Below are positions 12,901 to 21,548 of a stretch of DNA of 64,000 bases, piece after piece (within the stretch, counting starts at the first letter, position 1; the number at the start of each line of letters is the position of its first letter). Location: positions 55,149-119,148 of the IMG/VR virus record IMGVR_UViG_3300032285_000892; one strand, given 5' to 3'. Both the position numbers and the translations under genes were made by a program. This DNA is from a virus. The notes beneath the pieces are model-generated. The model worked only from the letters and a program-made list of their open reading frames with translations, was not told the DNA's origin and searched no databases.

Positions 12901-15900
12901 TTGTTAACGAGCCATTCAAAGGATTAATCGAAGTTCCATTTGCCATCATGAGTATTCAATCTGAGGTTCCTTCTAAGGACACTGCAGACATCACTCGTGG
13001 TTCTCAAGTAACTAAGTTAATCACTCTTGACTTAATGCAAGCAGGTGTTCCTGTAGACTTTAAGTCTAATGTAAAAGACTTTGCAAAAAGATATGAAGCT
13101 TGGTACAACCTATCAGATGCTGAAAGAATGAAACAATCTGAGTTATACACTGAGATTGTTAATAATCAAAAATATCTTGAGCTTATCATGGAGAACGGAT
13201 TTAATGTTCTATTAGATAAGTTAGGTATTACAGTTACTAAGACTGGAGCTTACAAGATATCAGATGTTGCAAAGCTAGAGAAAACTCTTCGTGATGAAAT
13301 GTTGAAGAGAGAGATCAATGATAACATTTCAGATGCTTTAACTGGATTCTTAAATGGTGATGTTGTTCTTGAGGCTACTCCTGCTTACCAACAAATCAGA
13401 AACATTTTATACTCTATTGCAGATAAGAATGTAATGTCTCCTACAATCTCTGGAGGTATGAAGGTACAGATCTCTCCTGCATTGTTAGAGAGTGTCAAAG
13501 CCAAAGCTATAACAGATAAAAAAGGCAAGACTGCATATGTTAATGATACACTAGACTTCTATGAATTAGAAGAAGGTGGTAAGAAGATTAAGGTGTGTGA
13601 GATCTTGGTAGGTAGATGGTTCAATAGTGATATGAGTGATGAGGCATTACTTAAGTATCTAAATACCACAGATGAAGGAAAGAAAATCTTATCTGGCTTA
13701 GCATATCGTATCCCTTCACAAAAGCAGAACTCTATTGATGTATTCCGTATTAAGAAGTTTCTTCCTAAAGAGTTTGGTGACTCAGTAGTTATTCCATCAC
13801 AACTAGTAAACAAAGCAGGATCTGACTTTGACATAGATAAGTTGAACATCTACTTTAAGTCCTTGTTCATTAATCTTGAAGGTAAGCCAGAGATGTTTAA
13901 ATATCAAGGATCTGAGCAAGCTACTAAAGATTACTATGGTAACATGTTTGATACATTGATTCAAAGTAAAGAATCTAATGTACTTAAGCAATTACTAAAT
14001 CTATCTTTTAGTGAGTTTGATGATCCTGAATATGAAGCTAAGTTGCAAGATAGATTAGAAAAGATTGATAAGAGTAAGATCAATCGTGAGAACTTTATTA
14101 ACAATGCTTATAGAAGATCTCTCGAGAATGAATACATTCAGTCTTCTGAGAACCTAGCTAGTCATCCTGCTAACTTTGAGCAGTTAACTAAACCTAACTC
14201 TTCAAAAGACTTCCAAGACTTATCTATTGAAATTGTTGACAAGCTTGGTAAGAAAACTTTTGACTATTCATCTACAGGTAACATGTTAAGTATTCCGTTC
14301 ATGACTGAACTAAGACATGCTTTTGTTACAGGTAAATATGCAATTGGTATTGCTGCTCAAGCACAAACTAATCACTCATTGAATCAACGTCAACCAATGT
14401 ACATTGATCCTGAGAGAAGAAAGTTAGCTGATGAAGTTGATAGAAAATGGTTAGGTAACGGTGAGGTTAATTTTGAGCAATACAATAAGATTGACATCAA
14501 AGGTAAGATGTACCCTACTTTATCATTCATCAAGAATGCTATTGGAGAAAACATCTCTGACTTAATTAGTCAGTTTATTGATGGCTATGTAGATATCTCT
14601 AAGGGTCCTTGGATCATGGCAATGGGTGCTACACCAAACGTTGCTGGTACATGGATGTTCTTAACTAAGATTGGTGTACCTATCAAAACTGTAGGATACT
14701 TCATGAACCAACCTATTGTTCGTGATTACTTATTGTCTATTGAGAAGGCTGGTTACTCATACTTGTTTATGGATGACTTTGTTGATGCTGCTAAAGCTAA
14801 CTATAAAACATCATCTACTAATCAAATTAAAACTATTCCTTCTGAATCTGCATTAGGTAAGATGCTTGGTAATACAGAATTAACTGAAGATCAAAAAGCA
14901 GAACAACAATTCATCTTAGATGAGTTCTTGAAATATGCTAAGATGGCAGAACAGTTATTCTTAGTTGCTCAAGGATCTAACTATGATACAGCTACATTCA
15001 GCGATGGTTATTTAGTATTCAAGAAACAAATTCAATTAGAGAAAGCACAAAGATCTATTATTACATCTGTAGATGATCTATTAAAAAACTCATTCATTGG
15101 TAGACTTAAGGAGCTTACAGGCGATGTGCGTAATGCATTAGCAGAAACAGTATTAAAATCTGACGAACCATCTAGAGTGAGAGGTGTTGTACAGAAGGTA
15201 TTAAGACCTTATGTAAACATGAATGATAGAGACTTTGTTAAGGTGGCACAGACTGTTGTATCTAACTTGTTTGACTGGGCAGTACAAATTGATTCGGGAC
15301 TGAATAGCAGAATCAAGACCATCTTAATAGGTGATGAGAAGAATAAAACAGCTGTTGCAGGTGAAGTGATGAAGTATGTTAATGATATCAAGGAAGATTC
15401 AGAACATCCTTTATTTAATAACTATGCTATAGAATTGTTCTCTTCTAAGTATGCACAGTCTGAAGGTAAAGTGAACAACTTGATTGTTAAGAACAAAGAC
15501 AACCAAGTGTATAATCAGAATCAATTGATTTATGCATTTGAAGAAATCAAAGCTGACAATCCTGAGATCTATGGTAAGATGGTGAGACTTGCAGTGTTAC
15601 AATCTGGTTTAACTAACTCAGGTATATCATTTACATTCTTACTTCCTTATAAAGACTTCAAAGCAGTTTATAATAAAACCTTGTCTGTTATCGAAGAATT
15701 TGCTAACTTAGATGACTTCTATGAGATGAATGTATTTGAGAGAAACAATTGGAATAACTCAGATATGGTTCCTTATGTAAAAGCTAACTGGATTCAATCT
15801 AAGAAGACTGGTAAATTTTATTACAATCCAGGAATGTCATTTATTGACAAAGGAATTAATACTGCTATAAGACAAGGAACCGTTCCACAATTACTTCAGT

Positions 15901-16409
15901 TATCTCCATATGGAGCAGCTGCTGATAAAGATGTTATTGTTTACTCATGGGAAGAGGGAACTAAGAATGAGAAGAAAGCAATGAGAGCTGCTAATGATTA
16001 CTCTTACATCAAGAAAGGATTATTTAAAAGAGTATATCAAGGTGGCACACCATTAATTCATACATACACAAGTTCTGATGGAACTGTTAGAGAGAACTAT
16101 GTATACAAGATGATGAACGCATGGGGTCAAGCAATGAATGCTAATGAGTTCTACATTGGACCAAGAGCTTCAGTAATTGAGAATGGATTTGAGAAAGTAT
16201 TTGCATCCACTACAGTTATCGAACCGTCTAAAGGAATCTTCTTCACTAATGTAACTAGTGATGAGGTGAGTGACGATCCAGTAGTTAGCTTATACAACAA
16301 CACTCCATTGCCTACAGCTACTAATGAATTGATTGAAAATCCTGTTAAAGAAGGACAAACTGAAGACTGGCAAGAAGAAGATAACACTTGCACTAACCCA
16401 ATTGGATAA
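3915..16409 (+). CDS. Giant virion-packaged single-chain RNA polymerase (crAss-like/phi14:2 gp66 type) with zincin-like domain
   Basis: 4164 aa. Catalytic GSDFDIDKL (DFDID at 13824-13838) preceded by RIPSQ. Zincin-like YHEVFE (9651-9665) with downstream LAEEF. Gly/Ala-rich hydrophobic N-terminal region, coiled coils and A/P-rich linkers. Confidence 0.85.
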   Translation: MADQLPEQLKPVNLAAYMPSRVPDLSALVQSGNVGGGEPDLDIASQFQSLISQNSSKGNPLPVVSGGDVDFSGRYPLFYTDRDNEEMYAQAQSFGEKAYNGIAKFTGVTTAAFLNGTVGVVDGIYSAIHDWDASKFWKNDTSIALNDWTKNMEDSYAHYKTLRERNGNWWEPENLFTGNMFFDNIVKNLGYTVGSMGAGVVWGGALGLIGKAAKLSAYGTEAASIADSIIAEGAMTGDAASIASSSAKLDGALSSFQAKLGKAMLGSNRAIVAATGTAGEAGFEALNNSQEFRQRMIDQFKATHGYSPTEEDLKTIDQYATSVGNYSWLANSALLTATNYIQLPKIFSSTFKGERSIANTMLSEGKWVSSLADKGIGKFATKAKNVAGLFFAKSEAFEEGAQFAIQTGTQNYFDKKYKGEGASILNDAIGHGIKEAVSTDEGLLNIFLGGFSGGMSMAYGNIKQRGVTGYGGQEAKLRNEALGAWKDSMLTDKLKASVNDIRIAEAVQEERKQAIIDNDIQLAKDKEFDYAHTFIRSRLRYGAKEAIDAEIADLKQRAITDFIKLQTEGIAANTDTKEAFLNRLETVQQQANDAAKLKEALDVKYKGIVDPTTGKRAYSDATLEKLLYAGSKISDYNRRIPQLDQSLASYGISTTDALTEVVDTGTLSKETQDEVMNAIQSLTKSGIDSDIQDTLTTDFNDMMKLGVLRKKFLEEYNNLKTTPEKFDKLDEKAEEDNKPVDENAPKEVVTYKNEEGEDATLDTNEEYYIGTEAKNRKDKTVYSFKKFTVLGENEDGTIKVKTDEGEIKSIDKSWFTDNGKYLGKTSDVKADPKKRFFLNNRNTVYTFNFGKDKGGEVNGRLRYSEKEGVLEFVYLDKKGKERSLEVTGDQFTPKPGYKQAIIRATAVMSPLQKASEEEFIADSKNDPRVLEKIAKRAALLETFFDEMAENLAKTKRMVESKKRELNKTVEKIKGLRKTVEGPEAITAKTKRIKATVHTAIQNIASLTKMQDQLNDEIKSLEAEQEQLEINLEYVTDLASRLDEMPADLTKFYAVVRQERNALKETILEKGKLMNALHRVMENLESALQSLINQVMDLIGGFETKYPGLPMSASQISEFLTYFKGKPWERPSFMSVHPELIPDLQELDAEVAQIDEIQITPKQAAIDKTLEDIITLEEELTQLDKQLKAVSEVDTRLRKIYDEYVAGIKETEDIKKNKELKEQALGTIDNSLANVQYDRAYNPSSKKATAVIPNATIAPSEESEGKPLAEHHLRANLFGAKLENLPNRGNIQAVYVTKGNEAELGLPGLMDDLKGDAEGFSSSDTIAIVMVQMVDGKPRPVGIDGEVLETPSFENAIFQVKPTAEKLGDLFRDEKEGGPTKDQKDFIVNEYRAWRKETLANPSLTAYPVDASFGIPVRESSLDSEQNKVIDYTASTDVVSAGLVASNDKKNDLSTKQLVTVPTTEGTLNQGTTSYANPVGRPFLTLPNGNVPLKNRNLTKAEAETIYQALLRLAMLKNFKSDEAVRLMDWLRTIVYWGVPKNNPGYSSLFFNVKEDGTLALFISGKGTNIPFTTSSIKSNKDNLLTLLGGMYNNTNSRLVDNEEDYRKPYEEIVSVSEDGTVQSVTWKNYQTYLLSPKNPDGSIRKNIPLTVAMHPITGENDTNREGIYFIVNSNADRYAIPDVPAVSAALTPIASTRVLGATPVAQQAPAPAAQPATQYKFDGETENTAMVHGKPVKFIIDAAKFDDEGFVSLDIDKSAAVAIGKAIGSQDADEIEAEAGNTIYAAIYKELKAAQAPAPVVSTPVADVAAAPVVQTPAASTDASADTMAKIKAMQGGAIPNEFRVAINNSNQKRFEREDWKKFENWLKTTFPNVPVYRVKNVIQATNGQQAWGMFKNGAIYVYENAEVGTGYHEVFEAVWKMFSDKDERANVINEFKQRSGTFTDRPSGRTVNYKDATDQEIKEQLAEEFRDYVLKGKIPAKPTQGRPFIVKLFADLVNFIKEFFTGKKAEINTANLFDKIGRGYYKQYSPYESKLAFAKEGIIDIEDAYADSESDFRVAGFTSGQEHDVMQEMTYLTLAELTTTNKSLFNISDTVFKKDEHYNKLKTYMLTTLANAIQVVQEDTTKGDKEKQTDIDNYAALFENIDNQWPALVQRHAEYLVPYNVEFDENDHITLKDEDNSGKELYQDANKIDAFRKANSAVKLLLSTIPRVDTTGKPTLSSIGGHTLIPYSEISVSLMNKIASSRTVDQMVQRIADMAKNDIKYKVLYQRITRSKAYPNGDDYTNPRFSLNQLGEEHEVRLINTLWRTFKKNNPEVLNLYVLDNGEVQVGDSNFTTASAQVFNDFQESIVESVRNNKSPFFVYSAEARGYIGVAGSASKPLSSTAARVKFLKDLGISFTAKEIDKLASKKDFTRFNKAVDGIRTSINEADKIATISGKTVDITGRLKQLAEIRAKIDNPEFSSTYFNINGERVQVFIGTNANSDLYDALANIDNLNDLKGSQYGYLTTDSFVKGSVKLNAMFDPETGERIEGAQQLLKSTYADGTVNSAKGKRKSSSKLTYKERLVQQMNMMLEGYYPNLVPGDASMEQMVYMGNEFSAKDMANFENKIMPVFRDYFLSEVNLSKEDRPVVRGNTTDLRFFKPILADNNAKTEEERNSLHTDIVKAIKEGGSAESIYKSFDSRITKAVKDFITSESGNLQDLLEFYGILTEEEGSYNFENIAIGKDLNTDEMNRQVQAIAVNFMINNIELHKLLYSDPYQYLDELKRIKNFISPRQSIISQSPAMNSAMDNVYNKRYSKEVDKDGNLIDIGNTNFLKDSFTSITLSDVNAVDPKLKGYIEEAYKETDGGGVIMYKAYRNFRIRAGEWNDLEEKQYRYDIAWEKMDKGLFDQMSDYEQELLNEGNPQVKSAYTPIKPIVSGNKANGRDYNDVMLDKFALYPLSYRIQKEINSTSNAIKLYDKMQKENIDYAVFSSSRKVGAEETNDLYNPETGDFVNEPFKGLIEVPFAIMSIQSEVPSKDTADITRGSQVTKLITLDLMQAGVPVDFKSNVKDFAKRYEAWYNLSDAERMKQSELYTEIVNNQKYLELIMENGFNVLLDKLGITVTKTGAYKISDVAKLEKTLRDEMLKREINDNISDALTGFLNGDVVLEATPAYQQIRNILYSIADKNVMSPTISGGMKVQISPALLESVKAKAITDKKGKTAYVNDTLDFYELEEGGKKIKVCEILVGRWFNSDMSDEALLKYLNTTDEGKKILSGLAYRIPSQKQNSIDVFRIKKFLPKEFGDSVVIPSQLVNKAGSDFDIDKLNIYFKSLFINLEGKPEMFKYQGSEQATKDYYGNMFDTLIQSKESNVLKQLLNLSFSEFDDPEYEAKLQDRLEKIDKSKINRENFINNAYRRSLENEYIQSSENLASHPANFEQLTKPNSSKDFQDLSIEIVDKLGKKTFDYSSTGNMLSIPFMTELRHAFVTGKYAIGIAAQAQTNHSLNQRQPMYIDPERRKLADEVDRKWLGNGEVNFEQYNKIDIKGKMYPTLSFIKNAIGENISDLISQFIDGYVDISKGPWIMAMGATPNVAGTWMFLTKIGVPIKTVGYFMNQPIVRDYLLSIEKAGYSYLFMDDFVDAAKANYKTSSTNQIKTIPSESALGKMLGNTELTEDQKAEQQFILDEFLKYAKMAEQLFLVAQGSNYDTATFSDGYLVFKKQIQLEKAQRSIITSVDDLLKNSFIGRLKELTGDVRNALAETVLKSDEPSRVRGVVQKVLRPYVNMNDRDFVKVAQTVVSNLFDWAVQIDSGLNSRIKTILIGDEKNKTAVAGEVMKYVNDIKEDSEHPLFNNYAIELFSSKYAQSEGKVNNLIVKNKDNQVYNQNQLIYAFEEIKADNPEIYGKMVRLAVLQSGLTNSGISFTFLLPYKDFKAVYNKTLSVIEEFANLDDFYEMNVFERNNWNNSDMVPYVKANWIQSKKTGKFYYNPGMSFIDKGINTAIRQGTVPQLLQLSPYGAAADKDVIVYSWEEGTKNEKKAMRAANDYSYIKKGLFKRVYQGGTPLIHTYTSSDGTVRENYVYKMMNAWGQAMNANEFYIGPRASVIENGFEKVFASTTVIEPSKGIFFTNVTSDEVSDDPVVSLYNNTPLPTATNELIENPVKEGQTEDWQEEDNTCTNPIG

Positions 16410-16411
16410 AC

Positions 16412-19400
16412 ATGAGTACTTGTAAAGACACACAAAAGTTTAGGACATCTGAAGCATCCACTAAAGCAGCAATGCGTACACAGGGTGCTATAGATGGATT
16501 TTTGAACATACTCGATTTGGGTTTATTTAGAACGCTTAATGGTAAGTGGTCTAGAGATGCTAAGGAAAGATTCAACGTGCAAGAGATGTTATTCTTTGAA
16601 GAGGATAATGGTAGAAAAGCCAAACCTAATAAGCCAGCATTCAAACAAATTGATAATGCTAAAGGCATCTACTATCAAGAAGATGGGATGGCTCAATCAG
16701 TTGCAGACTCTCAGGTAATTGCTAATGTCAAGAAGCTTTTAGATAAGATGGGTGTGTCTATTCAGGACATATCTACTTATGCTAAGGAAGCTGGATTGGA
16801 TGTAACAGGGATCAATGGTATTGCTGATTTAACAAGAGGTATCATTGCTCTAGCTGATGGTAAAGAAGCTGCTGCTATTACAGAGGAGATGGTTCACATT
16901 GCCACTGCTATTATAGAGAAGAGAAATCCTGGAATGATTACAGAGATGATCTCTAAGATTGATCGGTTCAAGATATATAATGAAACATTAAAACAATACA
17001 AAGACAATCCTAAGTATCAACTACCTACTGGCAAACCTGACATTCGTAAGATTAAGAAGGAAGCTGTAGACAAATTAATCTCTGAGTTAATTATTAATGG
17101 TGGTAATCCGTCTGAGTCTTTCCCAGAACTTGCAGAAGATGTTGAAAGATCTACTATTCAGATCTGGTGGAACAAGATACTTGATTGGTTTAGAGGACAA
17201 TATAAAAACGCAAACATTGATATCTTTCAAGAAGCTAAGGAACAAATCTTAGAAGGAGATTTAGGAACTGTACAAGAAGCTGGTCTTGAAGGAACGTACT
17301 ATCAGTTAAGTGATGAGCAACAAAAGATTATAAACAATCTTAAAAATACAGGATTAATTAAAACAGAATCTGAAGAAAAAACAGATCCTGTTCTAATGGA
17401 TACAGAAGAAGCTACTAGCTTCTATGAAGTACAGAATGCTGAAGGTACATTAACTCGTGTTAAGAACAGGGTTACTGACTTGGTTAAAAACTATTACAAT
17501 AGTATTCCTGCATTCAGAAACAAAACTTTTACACCAGAAGAACAGAAGTTCAATGATCTTAAAAGAAGACTAGGTATTAGAGGCCATAAAGATTTTGAAT
17601 TAATCCATGGTAGATACTTTAATGAAGATGGTACAAAGAGAACAAGTCCTCTTCCACGTCCAGAAAAGTTTGATAATTTATCTGAAGACATGTACATATT
17701 GCTTGAGCAATACTACGTTGACTTAGTTAATAGTTTACCAAAGGATACAATTATTCTATCTGAGGTAAAGGTATATGATCCTAAAGCAGATAGAGCTGGT
17801 ACGATTGACTTCTTGGCTATTGATCCTACTGGTAAAGCTCACATCCTTGACTGGAAGTTTATGCAGATCAATGGTGATGATGTTGCATGGTTTAAGAAAG
17901 GAGCATATGATGTTCAGTTAGGAGAGTATAAAAAAATCCTACGTGAGAACTATGGTATCACTCAGTTTGGAATGAACAGAGCTATTCCTATCTCTATGGA
18001 ATTCCAATATCAAACTAAAGGAGATAAGTCATCACCACTAGTTCTTAAGAGTATTGCTATTGGAAGTGTTGATAAGTCTAAGTCTGTACCGTTATATCTA
18101 CAACCTGTACCTGAATCAAGTGAGTCTACAGGGTTTGCAGAACTAGATACATTGGTTAGTAAGTTGACAGCATTACTTAATGACTTAAGCAATGTAAGAT
18201 CTAAGACTGAAGACGAGCGTGAGTTCAAGATTGAATCTTTAAACACTCTTAGAAAAGCTATTAGACTTCTTCAAGTGACACAAGATAGGCAACCTTTGAT
18301 TCATGCAATTGAAGTAATGCGTCAAGAAGGAGAGCAGATCACAGATGATTACAAGATGATCTATGATAAGATGCCTGCTAAGTCTACTGATGTAGATAAT
18401 GCATCTTTATCTGACTTTGCTAATAAGATGAATGACTATATCAAGAACTCTGATATATTTGCAAACATTGGAGATCAGATTGGACATCTCATCTATACTG
18501 AAGACATGGATGCTTTAGCTAAAACTAAAGAGGAGAAAGCATTAGTTGAAAGTAGAAAAAGCACATTAAAGAACTTAGAAGCTGAATCTAAGAAAATTAG
18601 AATGTCTAAGACTGACATCATTGAATCAGCTAAGAAGTTCAATGATAAGTTTGTAGGACAGAGAAATAACATTACTGGTATTCTTAAACCTGAAGCTGTT
18701 GTAAAAGGATTAGTTTCTTGGTTTAGAGGAGTATCTGAATTAAGTTCTGCTTCTTTGAATGCATTGTATTCATTATATTCTAAAGGAGTGAGTGAAGCAA
18801 ATGCTAATGCGTTAGTTAATGTCAATAAGATAATGGACATTAGAACTAAGCTATTAGAAAGAGGTGGTGATATAAGAGCAATGGTTCGTCAGATCTATCA
18901 GTCAGATGAGAAAGGTGGATTAGTTAATAAACTTATCCGTAAGTATTCTAAAGATTTCTATTCTGAAGTTGATGAGAATGCTAAGAAAGATACAGGTAAG
19001 AAAGACTGGTTAAAGAGTAATGTTGATATTGAAGCTTATAAAGAAGCAGCAAGCAAAAGACTAGAACAAGATATTGCTAGAGTTAAAGCTGGTAAGTATC
19101 CTAAGGGTCAAGAGGAAGAAATCATTGAAGACCTTATTCTAAAGAAGCAACGTTTCTATGATATTGAGCGTGAGGACTTTAATGGTTGGAAGAATCCTTT
19201 ATTAAAGAAATTCCCTAAAGAAAAATGGTTATCAGAAGAATACAAAAAGATATCTAAGGATAAAGAATTGTTTGAGTTATATAACTTCATTGTTGAATTC
19301 AATGAACAGAAAGCTCAACCTTCTGGATACTTAGCTAACCAGACAGCATCTACATTCTTACCTTTCATTAGAAAGAGTATGGCTGAGCAAATCTCTTTTG

Positions 19401-21424
19401 ACTTTAATCTATCAGCACTACTTAACTTCTCAGACAATCTTAAAGCAAGAGTGGATGATGTAGGTTATCAGAATGTTAGTGAGATTGATGGACAGGTACA
19501 ACACGCTGTACCTAAATACTATACCACTGACTTTAGTAAAACTGATACAGGAGTAAATGATTACTCTGATGTAAGTGAAGACTTATTTGCTAACATGATT
19601 CTTTATGTTAAGCAAGTAGAGAAGTATGTACAGATGACAGAGATCGAAGGTCAAGTTAACTTGATGAAGACTCTGGAAGAGATGAAGGATCACTTAGATA
19701 CAAGTAAGTGGGGTGGTGTTATCTTAAAGAATGGTAAGACTCAAGAGATTAGAGGCAATAGTGAGAATGCTAAATTGTTTGATGACTTTAGAAGAGCATT
19801 ACTATATGAGGAGAAGTATCCATTAACAGACACTGATGTTAACTTTAACATTAAAAATAATGTTAAGAAGTTAGTTAATGGAATGACTGGTAGAGAGACA
19901 TTCAAGATTGATGAGAACGAGAGTGGTATATCAATGATGAAAACCATTGATGCTGTTAATAGAGGATTTCAATTAAAAACATTAGGATTAGAAATCATTC
20001 CTGGTGTAGTTAACTGGTTTGGTACAAACGTACAGTTGTCTGCTCAATCAGGAAACTACTTTAAAGCAAGAGAGATTCTTGAGAATCAATCTAAGCTTAT
20101 CGCTCAAGCATTTGAGAGTAAGGATGATGAGGAAATGTTTGTACAATTAGTCAATACATTCATGCCATTTAAAGATGACCCTGTTGGAGAACTTTACAAG
20201 AAAGCTGGTATGACTACTCTTACTCGTGGTAATCTAGGAGACATGTTAATGTTCTTCATGAGAAAACCAGAACAAGCTCTTGAGAAAACGGTATTTATGA
20301 CATTGTTAGATAATACAATGGTTGTTGATGGTAACATTGTTAGTATTAGAGAATATGTAAAAGCTAAGCGTGAAGGTCAAAGATTTAATTCTTCTAGCTC
20401 ATATAAATCTTCTAAGCAAGAAATTGAGAAGGAGATAGAGGAATTAAAGAAGACTAAGTCTATTAGTGCTACTAAAAAGCTAGTGGATGGTAAACTTGTT
20501 ATTCCTGGACTAAACTTAAACAATAGAGAAGAGATATTACGATTAACAGATCTTACAAGACGTATATCTAGAAATGCAACTGGAGGTATGTCAGATGGTG
20601 ACTTGAACCGTGCAGGAATGAACATCTGGACATCTAGTATGTTGATCTTTAAGAAATGGATTCCTAAGCTAGCTGATACACGTTTCTCTGAATTCAGAAA
20701 GGTGGGAGATGATTTCTCTGTACGTATTGATGATGCAGGTGAAGTGAGTGGACAGAAATATGATGTAGGTCGTATTAGACTACTTGCAGAAATCTTAATG
20801 GATAGTATCAGTAAAAGACAAATGAATATTGTGAACATTCTAAATATGAATGAAGACGGTATTGTTTATCTTGATCAACTATACGAACGTTATCAGAAAG
20901 AGTACGAAGCTAGAACAGGAGAGAAATTAAACATGACTCCTGACCAATTCAAAGATATGATTATAAACAACGTTCGTAATCAAATGAAAGAGATTGGTAT
21001 TCTTGTTAGTTTAGTTGCTGCTACAATTGCATCAGGTTATATGGCTCCAGATGACGATGATGACAGAGCTGCTAAGAATGCTTTCCGTTTTGCTCAAAGA
21101 ACAATGGATAAGTTTGTTAGTGAACTTTCATTCTTCTATAATCCATTTGAATTAGAGAAGATGCTTAGTGGAAACATGTTCCCTGCTATTGGTTTGATTA
21201 CAGATATTCAAAAGTTCATGTCTAATTTCTATAGTGAAATTACAGGATATGATTTTTCTGATAATACAGATACTCCTGAAGATGTTAGAAAGAAAGCTAA
21301 GCCTATTAAGTATTTAGCAAAGCTATTTCCAGGATCTAAAGCTTGGTTAACATATGGTGCTATGGTTAGTCCTGAGTTTGCTAAAGAGTATGATATTACA
21401 ATACAAGCCGAAAGCAATAGGTAA
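16412..21424 (+). CDS. Large ejection-type protein with zincin-like (EExxH) and PD-(D/E)xK nuclease-like domains
   Basis: 1670 aa. TEEMVHIA (16883-16897); GTIDFLAIDPTGKAHILDWK..VQLGEY (17798-17930) is a RecB-family nuclease pattern. Directly follows the RNAP gene. Confidence 0.65.
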   Translation: MSTCKDTQKFRTSEASTKAAMRTQGAIDGFLNILDLGLFRTLNGKWSRDAKERFNVQEMLFFEEDNGRKAKPNKPAFKQIDNAKGIYYQEDGMAQSVADSQVIANVKKLLDKMGVSIQDISTYAKEAGLDVTGINGIADLTRGIIALADGKEAAAITEEMVHIATAIIEKRNPGMITEMISKIDRFKIYNETLKQYKDNPKYQLPTGKPDIRKIKKEAVDKLISELIINGGNPSESFPELAEDVERSTIQIWWNKILDWFRGQYKNANIDIFQEAKEQILEGDLGTVQEAGLEGTYYQLSDEQQKIINNLKNTGLIKTESEEKTDPVLMDTEEATSFYEVQNAEGTLTRVKNRVTDLVKNYYNSIPAFRNKTFTPEEQKFNDLKRRLGIRGHKDFELIHGRYFNEDGTKRTSPLPRPEKFDNLSEDMYILLEQYYVDLVNSLPKDTIILSEVKVYDPKADRAGTIDFLAIDPTGKAHILDWKFMQINGDDVAWFKKGAYDVQLGEYKKILRENYGITQFGMNRAIPISMEFQYQTKGDKSSPLVLKSIAIGSVDKSKSVPLYLQPVPESSESTGFAELDTLVSKLTALLNDLSNVRSKTEDEREFKIESLNTLRKAIRLLQVTQDRQPLIHAIEVMRQEGEQITDDYKMIYDKMPAKSTDVDNASLSDFANKMNDYIKNSDIFANIGDQIGHLIYTEDMDALAKTKEEKALVESRKSTLKNLEAESKKIRMSKTDIIESAKKFNDKFVGQRNNITGILKPEAVVKGLVSWFRGVSELSSASLNALYSLYSKGVSEANANALVNVNKIMDIRTKLLERGGDIRAMVRQIYQSDEKGGLVNKLIRKYSKDFYSEVDENAKKDTGKKDWLKSNVDIEAYKEAASKRLEQDIARVKAGKYPKGQEEEIIEDLILKKQRFYDIEREDFNGWKNPLLKKFPKEKWLSEEYKKISKDKELFELYNFIVEFNEQKAQPSGYLANQTASTFLPFIRKSMAEQISFDFNLSALLNFSDNLKARVDDVGYQNVSEIDGQVQHAVPKYYTTDFSKTDTGVNDYSDVSEDLFANMILYVKQVEKYVQMTEIEGQVNLMKTLEEMKDHLDTSKWGGVILKNGKTQEIRGNSENAKLFDDFRRALLYEEKYPLTDTDVNFNIKNNVKKLVNGMTGRETFKIDENESGISMMKTIDAVNRGFQLKTLGLEIIPGVVNWFGTNVQLSAQSGNYFKAREILENQSKLIAQAFESKDDEEMFVQLVNTFMPFKDDPVGELYKKAGMTTLTRGNLGDMLMFFMRKPEQALEKTVFMTLLDNTMVVDGNIVSIREYVKAKREGQRFNSSSSYKSSKQEIEKEIEELKKTKSISATKKLVDGKLVIPGLNLNNREEILRLTDLTRRISRNATGGMSDGDLNRAGMNIWTSSMLIFKKWIPKLADTRFSEFRKVGDDFSVRIDDAGEVSGQKYDVGRIRLLAEILMDSISKRQMNIVNILNMNEDGIVYLDQLYERYQKEYEARTGEKLNMTPDQFKDMIINNVRNQMKEIGILVSLVAATIASGYMAPDDDDDRAAKNAFRFAQRTMDKFVSELSFFYNPFELEKMLSGNMFPAIGLITDIQKFMSNFYSEITGYDFSDNTDTPEDVRKKAKPIKYLAKLFPGSKAWLTYGAMVSPEFAKEYDITIQAESNR

Positions 21425-21548
21425 TAGCTATATTATGTAGTATAGTTTATAGGCTACATTAACAACTAAAATTATTTAACTATTTTTACTACCATTTGGT
21501 TACTCTATGTAGCCATTTGGTATGTAAGAAATTTACAAATATCTCACT

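Noticed and set aside
3915-16409. Intein or intron in the RNAP gene
   Set aside because: No recognisable splice-junction or homing-endonuclease motifs, and the frame is uninterrupted; not excluded without an alignment.
4035-21417. Short antisense ORFs (60-150 aa) within the large genes
   Set aside because: Hydrophobic Ser/Leu-rich shadows of the coding strand with no motifs.
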